Counted from the first letter of the stretch, positions 45,640 through 54,150 are shown. The stretch: 54,150 bases of DNA from a virus (IMGVR_UViG_3300027752_000024:1-54150), one strand, 5' to 3'. Notes: generated from the sequence alone by a model not told the origin. Numbers and translations are program-made.

Positions 45640-45854
45640 TGTTGTTCAAATTTAGTTGCGTGTTCTTCTAGTTCAAAGTAGAATGTATGTTCGTAGTTAT
45701 CAGTCCACGTTGTCATACTCCATTGACAACGTTCAAGTTGTCTACGACACCAAGTTTTACCTTCTGTGTCGAGATCACTGTGGAGTCGTACGGGGTTGTT
45801 ATTCCCCGTACTCATCCAACGCTGTTTGTATTCAGCTATTTCTTGTGGTGTCAT
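45606..45854 (-). CDS. Hypothetical protein
   Basis: 82-aa ORF with GAGG RBS. Confidence 0.6.
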   Translation of the reverse strand: MTPQEIAEYKQRWMSTGNNNPVRLHSDLDTEGKTWCRRQLERCQWSMTTWTDNYEHTFYFELEEHATKFEQQWPEYTNWKKT

Positions 45855-45863
45855 ATCTTCCTC

Positions 45864-46073
45864 TTAATGAAGTGATGCTAGATTTGCATTATCGTTTGGA
45901 TCAACACCAAAGTATGTTTCACACAAACTTGCAAGATTAAATGGAAGTTCATCTAAGTCTTCCATTGATTCTGGAACCCATATTCCTTTTATAGTTCCGT
46001 CCTTGCTTACAATTAGTCCATAGTCGTCTTCTTCGAGCGTTTCAGAAAAGCCCATATAGTCATGTTTCGCCAT
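45864..46073 (-). CDS. Hypothetical acidic protein
   Basis: GGAG RBS and TAAATA motif upstream. Confidence 0.6.
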   Translation of the reverse strand: MAKHDYMGFSETLEEDDYGLIVSKDGTIKGIWVPESMEDLDELPFNLASLCETYFGVDPNDNANLASLH

Positions 46074-46104
46074 ATTTTCGTACTCCCTATGTTATGTATA
46101 GTAT

Positions 46105-46248
46105 TTACTCTTTTGGCTTCATACCTTTTCTTGAAAACTCTTTAGCACGTTTGATCTGCTGTTGCTCAGTAAGCCTACTGTTTTGTAAATGCTGCTTCCA
46201 TTCGCGCACAAGTTTTTTACTTTCGTCTTTAGAAATCTTGCTTTTCAT
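46105..46248 (-). CDS. Small basic hypothetical protein (47 aa)
   Basis: Manual translation MKSKISKDESKKLVREWKQHLQNSRLTEQQQIKRAKEFSRKGMKPKE. Fills the gap. Confidence 0.45.
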   Translation of the reverse strand: MKSKISKDESKKLVREWKQHLQNSRLTEQQQIKRAKEFSRKGMKPKE

Positions 46249-46663
46249 CTACAAACTCACCATCAACGATTTTCATAAACTTACAGGGAACACTCAAGTC
46301 TCCAACACGTTTGAAGTATGATCGACCACCATCTACTGCGCAATCACCAACTGTACGATAATCATGTCGATGCTGTGAATACTCCCAACCCGTTGATCCT
46401 TCAATCATACCAAACTCAAGTGTTTCAATCATATCAGCGTCTGTAATGTAAACATTGCCGTTAGCATGAGGATTGCGATACAGACCAAAGTAGCGATTGC
46501 CAAACTCAGGATGCGGTGTAGCACGATAATAGATATCAGCAGCATAATTGGCATGTTCGTTAGTAGCTGAGGTGCAAACATACTTTACTGGTACGCCGTC
46601 TTTTTCACTGTAGAGCTTTTCTACTTCTGCTGTGTCAAACAGTGGGCTGTGGCTGATGTTCAT
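46229..46663 (-). CDS. Hypothetical phage protein
   Basis: YSQHRHDY..VDGGRSY motif of the kind seen in large-phage hypotheticals. Confidence 0.65.
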   Translation of the reverse strand: MNISHSPLFDTAEVEKLYSEKDGVPVKYVCTSATNEHANYAADIYYRATPHPEFGNRYFGLYRNPHANGNVYITDADMIETLEFGMIEGSTGWEYSQHRHDYRTVGDCAVDGGRSYFKRVGDLSVPCKFMKIVDGEFVDEKQDF

Positions 46664-47252
46664 CTTCTTTAACCTTTTTTGCGATAGTTTTATGAATGCC
46701 TGGGTTAACTTTTAGTACGTGCGGCATCATTTCATGTCTAATATAGTTACGAGTATAGCATATATCTGCGTTGCTGTCATCCTCAATCCACGGCACGTTG
46801 TTAAGATTTGCCCAAAGTTCAAAGTCACGTTTGCGATTTAAACGGAACGGACGAACAACATTCTTACGGCGAAACGGGATCCATTTGCCTGTGCCGTTCA
46901 GGCTGCTCATTACCCATGTTTCTACACAATCGTCTAAATGGTGGCAAGTAACAATAGGCGCACAATCTACAAGGTCAAAATATTTATAACGCTGTTCACG
47001 CCACCAAGCTTCTCTGCTAAGACCCGGCGGCACAGTGCCTCTGCATTCTCCAAACTCGTACGGAATACGATTATCAGCACAGTAGCGTTCTACAAATGCT
47101 CTTGCTTGTTCACTGTGTGCAGTTTTATGATCAAAGTGTAGTACATTTACATCATGATTGCGGCGTAGAAAGTCTAATGCTGCCATACTGTCAACTCCAC
47201 CACTACATGCTAGATAAATTCTACGAGGTAGTTTGCCTTGTAGTTTAATCAT
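46635..47252 (-). CDS. tilS: tRNA(Ile)-lysidine synthetase (N-terminal ATPase domain only)
   Basis: ACSGGVDS (PP-loop), R..RY, HHLDD.VET, RP and EDDSN..YTRNYIRH motifs. Start moved to MIKLQ. Confidence 0.9.
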   Translation of the reverse strand: MIKLQGKLPRRIYLACSGGVDSMAALDFLRRNHDVNVLHFDHKTAHSEQARAFVERYCADNRIPYEFGECRGTVPPGLSREAWWREQRYKYFDLVDCAPIVTCHHLDDCVETWVMSSLNGTGKWIPFRRKNVVRPFRLNRKRDFELWANLNNVPWIEDDSNADICYTRNYIRHEMMPHVLKVNPGIHKTIAKKVKEDEHQPQPTV

Positions 47253-47461
47253 TGATTTGCACACCACTCGCGCCAAGTAAGGATTTCCATTGATGCTCCA
47301 TCCCCACGAGTCTTTAAATAGCCGTCTTCAATCAAACTATCAATAGCACTTGCTACAACTCCTTCAACATGGGCTCGTTTACCCATGTACCAACCTACTA
47401 GTGTAAATACCAATGCTACAACAAACACCATCAGTGTCTGCATATTTAAAAACATTTCCAT
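47249..47461 (-). CDS. Small membrane protein
   Basis: N-terminal TM helix. Coupled to both neighbours. Confidence 0.55.
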   Translation of the reverse strand: MEMFLNMQTLMVFVVALVFTLVGWYMGKRAHVEGVVASAIDSLIEDGYLKTRGDGASMEILTWREWCANQ

Positions 47462-47724
47462 TAGTTGTCACCTTTGATATTACGCATCATTTCTCTATTT
47501 TCCTGCTCTACTTGCCATTTAGAATCTTGGTATTCGTCGCGTACCATCATTACAACAATAGGAGCAACTATAGCTACAAAAACACTGATTACCATTGCAA
47601 TTTCTCCGTTATATCCTACATATGTTGCAATAATACCAACGCCAAGTGTTACTGTAAGTAAATAAGCAACAACCGCAATAGCTTTGCCTATTTTCATTAG
47701 AAACTTTTTCCATACTCTGTTCAT
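47461..47724 (-). CDS. Two-TM membrane protein
   Basis: Two hydrophobic segments. Coupled ORF. Confidence 0.6.
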   Translation of the reverse strand: MNRVWKKFLMKIGKAIAVVAYLLTVTLGVGIIATYVGYNGEIAMVISVFVAIVAPIVVMMVRDEYQDSKWQVEQENREMMRNIKGDN

Positions 47725-47930
47725 GCTATTTCTCCTACAAAGTTATCTTCAATTTGTTTAATGTGTTTGCATTTCTTATATGCAGGGCAATCACAAGTAA
47801 ACCCTTTAGCTACCATTTCAATTTTGTAGTCGCCTTTGCTGCCTGCGACTGTCCATTGTGTTCCAACTGCCCAATGCCCTTTGGTGTTTATTGAGTCTGA
47901 TGCATATGTTTTAGGACCGTAGCTTCTCAT
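47721..47930 (-). CDS. SWIM zinc finger protein
   Basis: FTCDCPAYKKCKHI (CxC..CxH). Confidence 0.75.
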   Translation of the reverse strand: MRSYGPKTYASDSINTKGHWAVGTQWTVAGSKGDYKIEMVAKGFTCDCPAYKKCKHIKQIEDNFVGEIA

Positions 47931-48646
47931 TAGTCCATCCTCACAAGTTTAACATAGTTGATTTTGTTTACTATAAGTCCAGTGTCGCGATCTGTTTGTT
48001 GTCCCTTAACATTGGCACGAAATCCAAATACTTCGCCTGTTTTGTATTGAAACTTATTTGAAAACATAACCAAGTTGCCATTAAATCCAGCAGTGTAAAA
48101 GAATGTTTCATAGTTAACACTGTACACCCGCTTTAGGATTTCTAGCTCGCCAATAATCTTAGGCTCTGTGATTTTACTACTGTTGGCAAAGTCTGATTTA
48201 AGACGCTGCTTGTACATCTTGTCTTCTAACTCACGTTCTACAAATGCCGGAAGATATGCAATAAGTCCAACTTTGTTTGCTGGAATGTTATCTTGACAAT
48301 ATGCTTCAAATATATCTGCTTGGAAGTCGTTTAAGTCACCTAGCCCTAGCAGTGTATAACGGCGCATGTGTTTTTCCGCTGTAGCTAATGCAGCACGATC
48401 TTCGTCAATGATCTTTGGCATAATAAAGTCACTTGGAACATATGCAGTGTTATCTTGATTATATGTAAGAGCAAATTTTACAAGTTCTTTGTTGCTGAAC
48501 TTTGTAGGTTTGTTTTCACTATAACGCTGTGTTTCTTTAGCATATCCGTTGTTGATACGGTATGCTGCAAATGCAAGCAGTTTTACAAAAGATGCATCAA
48601 ACGTTTTTTCAAAAACGTCATTTAAGTTTAAAGGATTTACAGTCAT
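47930..48646 (-). CDS. Hypothetical protein (possible C-terminal OB fold)
   Basis: ORF. Start moved to MTVNP (ATGA coupling). Confidence 0.6.
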   Translation of the reverse strand: MTVNPLNLNDVFEKTFDASFVKLLAFAAYRINNGYAKETQRYSENKPTKFSNKELVKFALTYNQDNTAYVPSDFIMPKIIDEDRAALATAEKHMRRYTLLGLGDLNDFQADIFEAYCQDNIPANKVGLIAYLPAFVERELEDKMYKQRLKSDFANSSKITEPKIIGELEILKRVYSVNYETFFYTAGFNGNLVMFSNKFQYKTGEVFGFRANVKGQQTDRDTGLIVNKINYVKLVRMD

Positions 48647-49038
48647 TGTACTGCACTCCGGAATGTTTTTTTGATTTTGCGAATAGCGTCCCAGCCAATG
48701 CCAGTACCCCAAAGAAAATGCTCGAGGTCGTAATCAACACTTGCGTCAAGATCTTCTGCATCAGCAAGAATACGGATTGCTTCAGCCCAGTTAACACTGC
48801 AAAGGTTCATAGTTTTACGAAGTGTGTGGCGGAACTCAACTAGCATTTCCTCTTCATGCTTGCGTTCAGCGTTTTCGTTGACTTCTAGTTGAGCGCACAG
48901 GTAATCCCACTGCTGTTGCTTTTGCTGAGGGGTCCAGCTATTCCACTCAGCAAGCATGCCGCCTGCACGTGGGCGCATGCCGTAAACATCTTTGTGAAGA
49001 TCAGAAAAGATATCGTCGCAGTAAGTATAAGTAGTCAT
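48643..49038 (-). CDS. Hypothetical early phage protein
   Basis: FSDLHKDVYGMRPR motif and GAGG RBS. Preceded by TTGACA-N17-TATATT (49074-49102). Confidence 0.7.
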   Translation of the reverse strand: MTTYTYCDDIFSDLHKDVYGMRPRAGGMLAEWNSWTPQQKQQQWDYLCAQLEVNENAERKHEEEMLVEFRHTLRKTMNLCSVNWAEAIRILADAEDLDASVDYDLEHFLWGTGIGWDAIRKIKKTFRSAVQ

Positions 49039-49098
49039 TTTGTGCCTCGTGTGTGTGTTTGTGCCTATACACTAATATAACATACGGGCACACACTTG

Positions 49099-50061
49099 TC
49101 AACCTATAACTTCACACAATCCATGAGCAAATACATCAACAGATTTTTGAATAGTTGTGTGCAGCAATATTTCTTTTGCTGCTTTTGCTGTACGTGTATT
49201 GTTACCATCTTCGTCTAGAATAGGATTGCCATCTTTATCTTTTTCAGTAGCTCTACGCCCAGCAGTATACTTAATATCAAAATAACTATCATTTAGATGT
49301 GCTTTGTGTGCATCAAAAAACCCATCCTGTGCATCATCTCTATTACAGTAAAATACAATATCACCTTGCAAATCTTTTTGTACACAATACTCTATTAGAG
49401 TTTGATGATCTGCATCTGTAAAGCCTTCGCCATAACTTGTAAAGCTATCTCTGTAAGGAGGGTCATAAAAGAAAAATGTACGCTCATTGTTTGCAGCATC
49501 ACTAGCTACTTGCCAATCGCCGCAGTAAACATCTGCCTTTTGTAAAAAAGTATGCCACTCTAACACATTGTCTTTCTCGTATACCGATGTCTTTTGATTA
49601 CCTAGTCCAAACGGTGTATCAAATCTACCATTTGCACGTTTAGTAGTTTGCCAAATGCCATTAAATGCTGTTTTCATTAAGAAGTAAAGTGTAGCACTTT
49701 CTTCTGTAGCAGTCCATGTGTGTATATTGGTTGCATATGGTGTGCGTAGATTGTAAAACCATTCTTTACGAGCTGCTTTGTCTAATGGCAAATACTGTGC
49801 TTCTAATGCATCCATACGTTTAATAAAGTTATCAAGATCGTTCTTGATAGCATTATAGATACCAACAAGTTCTTCTTTAACATCATTAATAATAAAACGT
49901 TTTACGTCTGGACAGTTTTTATACACCCAAATAGTCATTGCGCCGCCACCAAAAAATGGCTCGACAAATGTGTCGTAGCCACTAGTTGGGATACCCGGAC
50001 CTTCTAAGTACTTGGGTATCATTTTGTTTTTGCCACCTGCCCACATATATAACGGTTTCAT
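49099..50061 (-). CDS. DNA adenine methyltransferase (D12/Dam class)
   Basis: WAGGK, FVEPFFGGG, IND, FNG and YDPPY motifs. Confidence 0.9.
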   Translation of the reverse strand: MKPLYMWAGGKNKMIPKYLEGPGIPTSGYDTFVEPFFGGGAMTIWVYKNCPDVKRFIINDVKEELVGIYNAIKNDLDNFIKRMDALEAQYLPLDKAARKEWFYNLRTPYATNIHTWTATEESATLYFLMKTAFNGIWQTTKRANGRFDTPFGLGNQKTSVYEKDNVLEWHTFLQKADVYCGDWQVASDAANNERTFFFYDPPYRDSFTSYGEGFTDADHQTLIEYCVQKDLQGDIVFYCNRDDAQDGFFDAHKAHLNDSYFDIKYTAGRRATEKDKDGNPILDEDGNNTRTAKAAKEILLHTTIQKSVDVFAHGLCEVIG

Positions 50062-50564
50062 AATGTTCCTTCCAATGTTTCTTGCATTATAGCACTAACT
50101 TGATCAAATGTAAAGCCTTCAGGTGACATATAGAACTTGAAGTTTTCGCCTAACATGATGTTTGCTTTGCGCCGAAGATTATCTAAACATTGCCCTTGTG
50201 CAGAACCTGGTCCGGAACAAAACGTTACATATATTACATCTGGATTAACATGTTTTGCTGTACAAGCATTATCCCACCAACGTTCGTATGCATTGCCGCC
50301 AAGCCCTTGTTTCTTAGCTTCAAATACTGCTACTAGTTTGTCGCCTTTAAACCATGCGCCGCCATCTGGGGCAAATCCAAAACAGTTGTCGCCAACATAT
50401 TTTATTTTATCTTCATATGAAAATTGTTTAATCATCTTAAGATCGGGTACACGTATGTTATCTCGAGATTCTTTGAGCTGTCTATCAAGTTTAGAACTGT
50501 CAACATCTAGTGCAGTTGTACCTGATTGAATGCCGCCCTTGAAGTTGTTTACACGCTGTGACAT
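50058..50564 (-). CDS. EcoRI-like type II restriction endonuclease (short)
   Basis: PDGG..FEAKKQG..GNAYER..YVTF, matching the EcoRI catalytic and recognition motifs (PDGG, EAKHQG, GNAIER). Confidence 0.7.
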   Translation of the reverse strand: MSQRVNNFKGGIQSGTTALDVDSSKLDRQLKESRDNIRVPDLKMIKQFSYEDKIKYVGDNCFGFAPDGGAWFKGDKLVAVFEAKKQGLGGNAYERWWDNACTAKHVNPDVIYVTFCSGPGSAQGQCLDNLRRKANIMLGENFKFYMSPEGFTFDQVSAIMQETLEGTL

Positions 50565-50617
50565 TTTTCGCCTTTCTGTTTTACCTTAATATTAATATAG
50601 TGGGGTTTAAATAGATG

Positions 50618-51052
50618 TCAACTGGTTTGTGTCCATTTTAAGTGGGCAAGACGTTCTTTTTCTGCCCAGCGTACAAACAATCCTGTTTCGCGGCCGTGTG
50701 CTTCAATCTCCCAAGGAAGATCCCAGTAGCTGGTTTTTTTAGGATTGTATGTTTTGCCGCACCAAGTGTGCTTGGAAGGATGCAATTCACGTCTTGCATA
50801 CTGCTTAACGTGTACCATTTCGTGTGCTACAGTTTCCAGCATTTTGCGATAAGATAATGTGCGATCAACTTCGATCTCAAACTCTCTATTGGTGTCAAGT
50901 TCTAGACAATAACCCATGGCACCTTTTGGTGAGCATAGCTTCACTTCTATTTCAAGTGTACGCATACGTGGCATTAGAGTATTGATACAAAACTGTACCA
51001 TACTCTCTACATATCTACGTTGCTTGGGTTTGCCGCCTGTTACTGTTATCAT
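50618..51052 (-). CDS. Zincin-like metallopeptidase
   Basis: VAHEMVHVKQY (HExxH) and PWEIEA. Preceded by TTGACA-N17-TATATT (51084-51112). Confidence 0.75.
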   Translation of the reverse strand: MITVTGGKPKQRRYVESMVQFCINTLMPRMRTLEIEVKLCSPKGAMGYCLELDTNREFEIEVDRTLSYRKMLETVAHEMVHVKQYARRELHPSKHTWCGKTYNPKKTSYWDLPWEIEAHGRETGLFVRWAEKERLAHLKWTQTS

Positions 51053-51113
51053 AATATTGCCCCAAGTTTGTTAACTTATATATAATATAACACACCACAA
51101 ACCGGTTGTCAAC

Positions 51114-51332
51114 CTACAATCTAAAAGTAATGCGGCCTTTATCAAGATCATAAGGTGTCATTTCAATTTTAACCTTATCGCCCATTACTAGTCTAATTCT
51201 AAAACGGCGCATCTTGCCGCCTGTGTAACAAATTACTTGATGTCCATTTTCAAGTTCTACTTTAAACGTCTGGTTAGGTAAAACATCAGTTATTTTACCT
51301 TCTAGCTCTATTGTTTCGTCACTTTTTGCCAT
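51114..51332 (-). CDS. infA: Translation initiation factor IF-1
   Basis: [47 protein letters not shown]. Confidence 0.95.
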   Translation of the reverse strand: MAKSDETIELEGKITDVLPNQTFKVELENGHQVICYTGGKMRRFRIRLVMGDKVKIEMTPYDLDKGRITFRL

Positions 51333-51507
51333 TATCAACCTTGGTTATACTCATGACGCCGTTTTCAACTGTTATCTTCAATACATCTCCCGGGATCCAG
51401 CCCATTTTTTCTGCTATCTCAGGCGGGATATTCATGTTTACATTTTCTGGATCACCATCGATGTCTTCAAATATATCGTCTGCACTGTATAGTAATCTAT
51501 TTACCAT
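51319..51507 (-). CDS. AbrB/MazE-like DNA-binding protein
   Basis: [19 protein letters not shown] swapped-hairpin signature. Confidence 0.6.
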   Translation of the reverse strand: MVNRLLYSADDIFEDIDGDPENVNMNIPPEIAEKMGWIPGDVLKITVENGVMSITKVDNGKK

Positions 51508-51712
51508 TTGTATTTACTCCTATAGAATTTAACATTTCAATTGCAGTCGGAAACTCGGACATTTGAGTGATAGCCTCTTCAAGATTGTCTTGCGTTTCAA
51601 TAGCCGTCATTGCATCACAATGTTGCCATAGTAGCGTATTTGTACGATATGGCTGGGAAATACTAGCGTGTAAACTCCAGTCAATCTTTGCAGATTTTTC
51701 AAATTCATTCAT
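51497..51712 (-). CDS. Hypothetical protein
   Basis: Coupled ORF. Confidence 0.5.
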   Translation of the reverse strand: MNEFEKSAKIDWSLHASISQPYRTNTLLWQHCDAMTAIETQDNLEEAITQMSEFPTAIEMLNSIGVNTNGK

Positions 51713-51906
51713 TGTTCTGTTCTTACTCCTGCGTGTGTTTGTGATTTCATAACCATTGCATCATAAAATACATCATATGCTGCATCTATTTCGTCGGCTG
51801 TTAATAACATATAATGATCCTGGTCGAGTGCCGTTTGAATACGCTCCCAATCTTTTGCATTAAGATTCTCACGTAACGGATGTTTCATCATACGTTTTTT
51901 ACTCAA
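51709..51906 (-). CDS. Hypothetical protein
   Basis: Coupled ORF (TTG start overlapping the upstream stop). Confidence 0.5.
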   Translation of the reverse strand: MSKKRMMKHPLRENLNAKDWERIQTALDQDHYMLLTADEIDAAYDVFYDAMVMKSQTHAGVRTEQ

Positions 51907-52634
51907 TCTATGTTACTCCACACATGTGCAGAGTACCCCTTTCCGTTAGTTTCGGCGCCGTCGTTTTCAATATCAACTCCGTTGTATTCTAAACTAGTAA
52001 TAATGTCTTCGCCATTAGGATATTCGTTGATTATAAACTTTAGTTTCTTAGAGTCAAACTCACCAGTTGTTTCAAGTCTGCCTTCAAAGAATGTACCTTT
52101 TTCACTTGAGTACATCTGTGCTACATATTCGCCTTGTGGTTCGTACTCATCAGCTTCACCAAAGTCTCCTGGTTCTATTTCGTAGTCACTTTCTTCTTGA
52201 ATTTTATCAACAAGTTTAACTACGTTTTCGCCGTCTATTACGTCTGCAATAATATCAGAATTATAGTCATCACTACTAACTTCTTCTACAGTCATGTATG
52301 CACTACCGTACTCTACACCGTTTTGATGACAAAACTCGCCTTCTGCTTCATACCACTGGTATTTGTATTCTTCTTCTACATTTCGCAAGAAGTCTGCCTC
52401 AGGGGGTATATCTGTAAGATTTTCAAACTCGTAGTGTTCAGGATCATCATTGATCATATAGTTTACAAAGTCGCCGTCGCCGTGTTCTTCAGTGTGCTTA
52501 TGCCAAAACTTGTATGCTTCTTTGTCAATGTTAATGTATGCAGCTTCGCCGCCATACCCATACAATCTAATACGGTAGAAACGAGGTCCTTTGAGGGTTT
52601 CTACTAGTTCGGTTTTTTCTTCGGTGGTTGCCAT
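51903..52634 (-). CDS. Hypothetical highly acidic protein
   Basis: 243 aa, Glu/Asp-rich, with a strong AGGAGG RBS. Confidence 0.7.
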   Translation of the reverse strand: MATTEEKTELVETLKGPRFYRIRLYGYGGEAAYINIDKEAYKFWHKHTEEHGDGDFVNYMINDDPEHYEFENLTDIPPEADFLRNVEEEYKYQWYEAEGEFCHQNGVEYGSAYMTVEEVSSDDYNSDIIADVIDGENVVKLVDKIQEESDYEIEPGDFGEADEYEPQGEYVAQMYSSEKGTFFEGRLETTGEFDSKKLKFIINEYPNGEDIITSLEYNGVDIENDGAETNGKGYSAHVWSNID

Positions 52635-52686
52635 TCTTTGATTCCTCCTGGTTGCCTTTAGTTAAATATACTACAAGTTAGAAAGA

Positions 52687-53628
52687 ATGTCAACCATGGA
52701 TCGCACTTTATTAGTAGTTACCTGTGAACGTGATAAATGGAAGTTTGAAATGTTATGCCGCAGCATAAAGTTTTATTTAGAACCGTGTAAGTTAATGATT
52801 GTGTACAACGGTCCGGATACAGAATATACACGCTGGAGTAGGTGGCTTAACAAACTCAAAAGAAAACTACTATACAGGTTTGATGTAATAGAACATCCAG
52901 CTAGTAAGTTTTGGCCTACTAGATTTGTAAAAGACTTTGATATAGAAGATCTCAATCATGGGTGGATATCACAACAAATGTTAAAAATACTTGTTGCCAA
53001 CTACATTGAAACAACAGACTACTTGATATTAGATAGTAAAAACTTTTTCTTTAAACCTTGTAATATTGCAGATATTAAAAGTTCAAAGCCGCACGGTAAC
53101 TGGACAACACCTGTTCAGGATGTATGGACAGAAAAATGTTGCAAAACACTTGACTTGATTTATCCTGGGCGTAGTTTAAAACTTCGTGCTAATGTTACAC
53201 CTTATATTTTTAAAACAGATGTAGCAAAACAGTTGATAGATTACATAGGTGGGCCGTTGGCATTTCATACTTGGTTTTTAGAAACTGGGCCAATGACTGA
53301 AGGTTGTGAACCAGCCGAGTTTATTCTTTACGAACTGTTTGAAGTGAAAGTCAATCAACGAGATGCTGAGTATGTAGGAAGCAATGGAGCCACAGTATGG
53401 CGGCATATGCTTGTAAACGATACACAATACAAAGACAAATGGGTGTTATCTTCACCAACTAACGTAGGCAACTATATACTAGAAGAACACAAAACGCAAA
53501 ATATTACAGTATCTGGGTTTCATAAAGGAGCTATTATGGCGCTATCATATGACGATATTATAACTATTTTAAAGGTTTTGGACGCTGAACGTATATTACC
53601 CGTGTATACACCAGTGCCTTTTTTATAA
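52687..53628 (+). CDS. GT-A fold glycosyltransferase-like protein (DUF6492-like)
   Basis: LLVVTCERD, GWISQQMLK, YLILDSKNFF, TPYIF and EFILY motifs. Confidence 0.6.
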   Translation: MSTMDRTLLVVTCERDKWKFEMLCRSIKFYLEPCKLMIVYNGPDTEYTRWSRWLNKLKRKLLYRFDVIEHPASKFWPTRFVKDFDIEDLNHGWISQQMLKILVANYIETTDYLILDSKNFFFKPCNIADIKSSKPHGNWTTPVQDVWTEKCCKTLDLIYPGRSLKLRANVTPYIFKTDVAKQLIDYIGGPLAFHTWFLETGPMTEGCEPAEFILYELFEVKVNQRDAEYVGSNGATVWRHMLVNDTQYKDKWVLSSPTNVGNYILEEHKTQNITVSGFHKGAIMALSYDDIITILKVLDAERILPVYTPVPFL

Positions 53629-53659
53629 ATACATATGTAGCAAAGCGTGAGGGCGTTTT

Positions 53660-53938
53660 ATGGATTTTCTAACACTAGCAAGCGAAGTGGGCTTTCCTAT
53701 TGCAGGAGCACTAGCTGCTGGCTACTTTGTATTCTTAACACTTAGTTTTATTCTAGCAGGAGTTACTGATAGTGTGAAAACACTAAACGGTATCATTGGC
53801 TCACTAGATAATCGTGTACAAACTATGAACAACGACCTAGTTAAGATTGATGCACTGCTAAGTTATGCACTTAATGTAAGACCCAACATTGACAGAATTG
53901 CTGCCAATGAAGGCAAAAATGATGCGAGAAAAGATTAA
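53660..53938 (+). CDS. Small membrane protein (one TM plus coiled coil)
   Basis: EVGFPIAGALAAGYFVF. TATAAATA at 53624-53631 and GAGG RBS upstream. Confidence 0.65.
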   Translation: MDFLTLASEVGFPIAGALAAGYFVFLTLSFILAGVTDSVKTLNGIIGSLDNRVQTMNNDLVKIDALLSYALNVRPNIDRIAANEGKNDARKD

Positions 53939-54150
53939 TGGAAATTGATATAGCAAGTGCGATTAAAGATTTTGGGTTTCCAGTTATTGCTGCGTTTGGA
54001 ATGGGTTACTTTATATTCTTTATATGGAAATGGGTAACAGAAACTATTGATCCTGTTATTGGCGAAAGCATGGGTACACTAATACGTCTTGTTGATCGTG
54101 TGCGTATGTTAGACAATGATATGATACGATTGAACAGTAAACTAAGCATG
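53938..54150 (+). CDS. Small membrane protein, paralog of 53660..53938 (runs off the window end)
   Basis: Manual translation MEIDIASAIKDFGFPVIAAFGMGYFIFFIWKWV...LVDRVRMLDNDMIRL. Coupled by TAATG. Confidence 0.65.
   Translation, partial: MEIDIASAIKDFGFPVIAAFGMGYFIFFIWKWVTETIDPVIGESMGTLIRLVDRVRMLDNDMIRLNSKLSM

Noticed and set aside
13511-48712. Longest-ORF starts for several genes (14434, 24880, 27085, 33342, 43764, 47276, 48712)
   Set aside because: They overlap upstream genes extensively. Downstream ATGs at stop/start overlaps fit better and were used instead.
1-54150. Stop-codon reassignment or alternative genetic code
   Set aside because: Coding density is high under the standard code, and conserved genes (topoisomerase, ligase, clpP, infA) are uninterrupted.
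1-54150. CRISPR array, diversity-generating retroelement, retron, integrase or transposase
   Set aside because: I saw no regularly spaced repeats, reverse transcriptase motifs or recombinase motifs by eye.

Overview
This window looks like part of a large, AT-rich, T4-like or jumbo tailed phage genome. The host is probably an aquatic proteobacterium, which is a weak inference from the IscA/SufA and ClpP sequences. Almost all genes lie on the minus strand and read in the standard genetic code. From left to right it contains: (1) virion structural genes, three of which share the T4 gp9/gp10-type N-terminus, including a 2371-aa fibre-like protein; (2) iscA, a sulfotransferase, uvsE, a glycosyltransferase, and queD preceded by a pseudoknotted riboswitch-like leader; (3) a two-subunit type II topoisomerase, a DNA ligase and a metallophosphoesterase; (4) a translationally coupled operon of six radical SAM enzymes, one of them B12-binding, headed by a glycosyltransferase-like gene; (5) a late operon of three unrelated nucleotidyltransferase folds, two with head-packaging-like N-termini; (6) an array of 11 tRNAs with an rRNA-operon-like leader (tandem promoters, boxB, boxA), a tRNA-Ser with an unusual ACT anticodon, an atypical tRNA-like RNA, several structured spacers, speD, and an HNH gene flanked by a duplicated tRNA 3' end; (7) an amidinotransferase / 2OG-Fe(II) oxygenase / PLP-enzyme operon; (8) clpP, tilS, an EcoRI-like endonuclease paired with an adenine methyltransferase, infA and many small hypothetical genes. 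The strongest candidates for undescribed systems are the radical SAM operon, the nucleotidyltransferase trio, the queD leader RNA, the non-tRNA RNAs in the tRNA array and the amidinotransferase operon. All functional calls come from motif recognition by eye; no searches were run.
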